From: Botryllus schlosseri
Lineage: Eukaryota
Reading direction: 5' to 3'
NCBI GenBank assembly: GCA_051294905.1
Contig: CM119373.1
Location: 1,304,001-1,368,000 of the forward strand
Length of the DNA: 64,000 nt
In this document: piece after piece, positions 61,841-64,000 of the stretch
Position numbering within the stretch: the first letter of the stretch is position 1
How the letters are laid out: the number at the start of each line of letters is the position of its first letter
Program-made: the position numbers and the translations under genes
The notes under the pieces: model-generated
Databases searched by the model: none
The model's input: only the letters and a program-made list of their open reading frames with translations
Told to the model about the DNA's origin: nothing

Positions 61841-64000
61841 ATTTGTAGACCTTCCTGTAGGTACAGAGCGTCATTATTTCACATTTAGTGTATCGTATTG
61901 CTGATTAATCAAATACTAAAATCACTGCAGTAGAAAAATCACAGATATCGCACTTCCGCTGTTCTCAAGGTCTTCGTTGCTTTTTCTGCGGGTATCGTGC
62001 AGTTATTTCTTTCGAAGCTTAAAGGGCGAACCCATGAACAATATTCACTCGCAACAATATCACTTTCCACTAAATCGACGTATTATGTCAACGCTATATG
62101 AATGTGTGCCGAAATTCCAATACTTCGCATTCAAATCAACACTGGCATCGCACACTATTTCCTATAATGTAGGGTTATCATATTTTGGATTCGGGAAAGG
62201 AGGACGTTCGCACAAGTACGAACCGTCATACAGGTTGAAAAGCACTTTATTCTGTAGCCGTTTTTCAGAGAAACAGTAATTTCTTATCCACAACACGAAT
62301 ACCACCAGTCAGGGTTCCCCATGAACATGACAAAATTCATGACATTCAAAATTGGTGGTTCGGGTACTGTAGGAAAATTCATCATCCCTAACCAAAATCC
62401 AACGGCACGCAAACCTAACCTGAGCCCACAACTCCGCAGCTGACCCTAAAACATATATAATATATTCATTATATTGTAATGTTACTAATCCCCAAGCCAT
62501 AATTTTAAGATACTCTCAAACCCTCATCTTATGATTCTCCAACCTGAATGCGAAACCAATTATGACCGCTCTGAATTTTGAAATGTTCAGAGGGCACACT
62601 GATTGGTGATGGTAATGTTTTATACATAACATAAGAATAGGACATGATCTATTCCTTCCCTCAAGAAATAGAATACACTAGGCCCGATTACTAGAAAAAT
62701 CTAGTGACTGAATATCGTCCGTGGAACGCCGTATCTACACCACCTTGGAGTGTTAGACATATTTGCTTCAGAACATCGGCTGACAACTATCTGAAGCTCG
62801 TCCTCTGCGTGACTGCGTAATCGCGTCGAGCAAGTGCGACGATGAAGTCATCGTGCCATGTTACGGGTTAAGAGATTATCCGGAGCCGCGACTGCTGCAA
62901 CTCTGGAAATTTCAATAAATTGCAGCTCCATTACGGTGGCGTTCTGAAGAAAACGGCTGCGGCCAAAATTTTTTTTTCGTTCTACTCTTCAATTTGAGAC
63001 CACATCATTTTTTGAGCGCAGTGCCCCTTTAAGTTTGTCACTGAACTATGTGGGTGGTAATTTCGTTTCCAAAGTCGAGTAAGAGCTGACTCTTCATTTA
63101 TCGCCAACAAATTTACGCAAAAGCCGTTATTGGTCTCTATTGATTTTAACGATGTTCCATACCTAGATCTGTCATGAGCTTTCACACGGTATGTCTTGAT
63201 TTTAGTATCGAACGCGGTGCCAAGTCTTAAAGTTGACACTCAATGATTGAGGCAGTTATTTCGTTTTCGAGGTCGAGTATGGTAGAGATGCGCGCTGATC
63301 TGATACTTAGCCTACCTACGTCATTGCGGATCTCACGCAAAAGCCGGTGTCGGTCTGTGCTAATCTATAGTCTGCGTTCCATAACGAGATCGGTGATGAT
63401 ATTTCCAATGGTATATCTCGATGATCGCATGAAACAGCTAACCAAGATTCTCGGTTTGCATTCAAATATTCACATAATTTTATGTTCGCCAATGTCCATT
63501 TCACTGTGAAATTGTGGCCTTCAAACCATTTGCTTACAATCCCCTGTCAATTGCGATAGCTATTTCATTTTCGATGTCGGCTAACAGCTGATCATTCGAT
63601 CAGCCTATTCCTCGATCTATTTTACTCAAAGTTCGGTGTTCGTCTGTTTGCATTGATTTTGACAGTGTACCATACCGGAATGGGTTATGAGATTGCGTAT
63701 GCTACTTCTCGATGATTTCTTGTAACAGTATACTAAGTTACGGCTTTTATTCATGTATTTATTGATTAATATATTTTCCAACGGCGATTTCGCAGCAGAC
63801 TTATAGACAGTAAGCCGTATGTGTTGTGTCACAGTCTCCAGTTTCAAGGCCAAAATGTCCTACGTTGTTCCGAGACCGAAGTTCCGAGGCTGCTGTCCTT
63901 AGTTCTTCAAAGACCATTCAAATTGATGTTCTGGATTCAATATAACAGGCCCAATCTATGAGATAACAATTGCGTATGTGTCCGAACTCGTTGACCTTTC

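Larger units (their letters stand above)
59276..63028. mobile_element. Kolobok DNA transposon (non-autonomous) with ~215-bp TIRs
   Basis: TTAA TSD at 59272-59275 and 63029-63032; termini AGGGGCACTGCGC / GCGCAGTGCCCCT; near-perfect inverted repeats to ~59490/62813; carries KolX-like gene. Confidence 0.9.

Overview
Eukaryotic (invertebrate metazoan-like, AT-rich, ~50-70 nt GT-AG introns) genomic DNA almost saturated with transposable elements. Only one clear host gene was found: a six-exon, apparently intact Bax-like Bcl-2 family gene on the minus strand (57003->53578, 206 aa by manual splicing). Its last 33 nt (AWWKRQ-stop plus 12 nt) recur as part of an 8-copy, 216-bp near-perfect tandem array (51838-53598). 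Other well-supported elements: (1) an intact 4,039-bp Ty3/Gypsy retrotransposon with identical 158-bp LTRs and a primer-binding site complementary to its own LTR (self-priming); (2) a Kolobok DNA transposon carrying an intact spliced P2X7-ballast-like (KolX) gene; (3) a P-superfamily element whose inverted repeats extend into exon/intron sequence; (4) a fold-back hAT element; (5) many hAT MITEs with 8-bp TSDs, some nested three deep. Relics of P/THAP9, Harbinger, ISL2EU, EnSpm (DUF4806 gene), BEL/Pao, Penelope and LINE elements are also present. All calls are by eye from motifs, TIRs and TSDs; no database searches were run.
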